DNA of 64,000 nt from the human T2T-CHM13v2.0 reference genome, Homo sapiens. The notes beneath the pieces are model-generated. The model ran no database searches. It was not told the DNA's origin and saw only the letters and a program-made list of their open reading frames with translations. The position numbers and the translations under genes are program-made. Location of the stretch: assembly GCF_009914755.1 (NCBI RefSeq), contig NC_060929.1. One strand, given 5' to 3'. Below are positions 61,525 to 64,000 of the stretch, piece by piece. The stretch's first letter is position 1. Every line of letters begins with the position of its first letter.

Positions 61525-61841
61525 ATTCCGTCATACTAGATGTCCTGGGGTATTGGTTCCAGAACCGCTCTCAGATGCAAAAAACCATAGATGCTCAAGA
61601 CTGTGATATAAAATGGCATAGTATTTGCAAGTAGCCTGTGCACATCCTCCCATATACTTTAAACCATCTGTAGATTACTTATAATACCTGATACAATGTA
61701 CATGCTACGTAAATTGTTTTACTGTATTGTTTTAAAAGTGACAACAGTAAAAAATAAAACCATCCTTTTTTTCTCAAATATTTTTTATCCATGGCTGATT
61801 GAATCCATGAATGTGGAACCCACAGAAACAGAGGGCTGACT
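61525..61841 (+). mobile_element. MER2 (TcMar-Tigger) DNA transposon
   Basis: attggttccagaacc...gatgctcaag...tataaaatggcatagtatttgc...cacatcctcccatatactttaa...gattacttataatacct...ttgaatcc...ggaacccac...gagggctgact. Confidence 0.88.
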
Positions 61842-62054
61842 CTATGTGAAAACAAAGAGACAGAAATACACTGAAGGCCATGGCATTTTTGTGAGAAATG
61901 CAAGCCCAAATAGTTGCCTTAATTCAAAACTTTCACAATTCAGCTTATCCTAATAAACCTGTCAGATATTTTTCTTTTTCTGCTAAAGTAGTGGTATCAT
62001 GTGGCAACAATATAAAAACTATGTGCATTTTCTTGAGCCTGAAAAAAATTAAAT

Positions 62055-62348
62055 TTTATTTCAGAGACAGGGTCTGACTCTGTTGCCCAGGCTGGAGTGC
62101 AGCAATACAGTCATAGTTCACTGCAGCCTCAAACGCCTGGGCTCAAGTGATCCTAATGTCTCAGCCTCCAGCCTCTTCTGTAGCTGGGACTACAGGCATG
62201 CACCCTCACCACGCCTGGCTTTTTTTTTTTTTTTTTTTTTTTGTAGAGATGAGATCTCGCCAAGCTGGTCTCAAACTCCTGTCCTCAAATGATCCTCCCA
62301 CCTTGGCCTCCCAAAGCACTGGGATTACAGGTGTGAGCCACTGTGCCC
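62055..62348 (-). mobile_element. AluJ
   Basis: gagacagggtct...catagttcactgcagcctcaaac...gggctcaagtgatcct...gatcctcccacc. Confidence 0.92.
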
Positions 62349-62835
62349 TGACAAAATTTAATGTTAGACAAAATTTTAATTTGTGGGAAATTCACATTAT
62401 TTAAAATTTTATGCTTAGATATGTGATTGATATTTTATAACACACTAGTACAATGTAGTCTCTTTTTTTGTAAAATGTAACTAGCACTGCATATGAATCA
62501 ATCAAAAGGGAAAACAAAATATTAACAATGGAAAGACAGGGTTAAACATGACTTTTACTTCTTTATATAGCTCTTTTGGAGTGTAATTACCAAATTACAT
62601 AAATGAAAACATTTTATTAAATGCTGGCTGAATAAATAAAATTAAATGGAATTTTAAAGTAGCATTACTAGGATAATCAGTATATTACATTTTGTGAAAT
62701 ACACACACACGCATGCACACGCTCACAACATGTATTGAGAAATAAGTCACTTTTTAACCTTTTGGATATGTTCTTCACAATGAAGTTAAGGCATTGAATG
62801 CTTCACTATTAAATATTATAATCATTATAATCTTT

Positions 62836-63129
62836 TTTTTTTTTTTTTTGAGACAGAGTCTTGCTCTGTCACCCAGGCTGGAGCGCAGTGATGTGATCTC
62901 AGCTCGCTGCAAGCTCCACCTCCTGGGCTCATGCCATTCTCCTGCCTCAGCCTCCTGAGTAGCTGGGACTACAGGTGCCCACCACCACGCCTGGCTAATT
63001 TTTTGTATTTTTGATAGAGATGGGGTTTCACCGTTTAGCCAGGATGGTCTTGATCTCCTGACCTCATGATCCGCCCACCTGGGCCTCCCAAAGTGCTGGG
63101 ATTACAGGTGTGAGTCACTGCGCCTGGCC
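62836..63129 (-). mobile_element. AluY
   Basis: Diagnostic gcaagctcc, gccattctcctg and agccaggatggtc. Perfect 16-bp TSD aatcattataatcttt at 62820-62835 and 63130-63145. Confidence 0.95.
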
Positions 63130-63657
63130 AATCATTATAATCTTTAATATTTATGAATTATTTCCCCTACTTTAATTTCCACAATGAGTTTTCAAAGTAA
63201 AAGAGTTATACCAGGGAATACCAGTTCTAGTGTGGATGTCAATGATATTATATTTCCTGAACAAAAAATGTTGGCATGCTATATTCATTATTTTCTTTCC
63301 AGTGATGTCATCTACCTATATAGAAATATACAAATTGCTAAAAAAAAATCTAATTGTACAAATTATATTTGCACACACATGCCTATCTACGGAAACTCAG
63401 CCCGATGTGCAAAAATTCTTAGAATCTAAGGCTTTGAAATGTATTAGGTGATATTCTATTTTAACGCTTATTCTTTTTGTCATACTGAAGAGAAGACAGA
63501 AACATATACTACTGATCACAGACGACTTCATAAAGAAGTTGGGAATACGGCAGAAACGGACTTGGGGAAAATTAATCAATTGGGGGGATTCGTTTCCAGG
63601 AAAACTCTACCACTCACCCACTAGAGTATCACCTGGAGATCAAGAAATCCCACACTT

Positions 63658-63953
63658 GGCTGGGGTGGTGGCTGACGCTTGTAATTCGAGCACTTTGGGA
63701 GGCCGAGGTGGGCGGATCACTTGAGGTCAGGAGTCGGACACCAGCTTGGCCAACATGTTGAAACCCCCCATCTCTACTAAAAATACAAAAAGTTAGCCGG
63801 GCCTGGTGGCGTGCAGGTATGGTCCCAGCTACTTTGCAGGCTGAGGCAGGAGAATCGCTTGAACCTGGGAGGCAGAGGTTGTAGTGAGCTGAGATCGGCA
63901 CTGCAACCTAGCCTGGCGACAGAGCGAGACTCTGTCTCAAAAAAAAAAAAAAA
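63658..63953 (+). mobile_element. AluS
   Basis: Full dimer with polyA; TSD cccacactt on both sides. Confidence 0.95.
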
Positions 63954-64000
63954 GACCCCACACTTAAAATTTGCCCCCATTCTAGTGTGATCCTGGATGT

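Overview
Primate (probably human or another great ape) AT-rich, gene-poor genomic DNA dominated by interspersed repeats. I found no cellular protein-coding gene, RNA gene or CRISPR array. The main element is a full-length L1PA2-type LINE-1 (about 6174-12195, 16-bp TSD). Its promoter and ORF0 are intact, ORF1 is frameshifted and carries R261S, and ORF2 has a single nonsense codon that spares the EN and RT domains. Other L1s: an older 5'-intact but 3'-truncated L1PA13-16-type copy carrying a nested twin-primed L1PA7/8; a full-length L1MA2/3-type copy split by a MER52 solo LTR; an internally deleted L1M (5'UTR joined to 3'UTR, TSD kept); and a ~100-bp twin-primed L1. There are also 10 Alus plus MIR, L2, CR1, MaLR/ERV LTR and MER DNA-transposon remnants. 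Almost all short ORFs in the track are repeat-derived or chance. I see no evidence for a wholly new biological system; the findings are retrotransposon structural oddities and small template-switch scars. Subfamily calls come from recalled consensus features, not from a database search.
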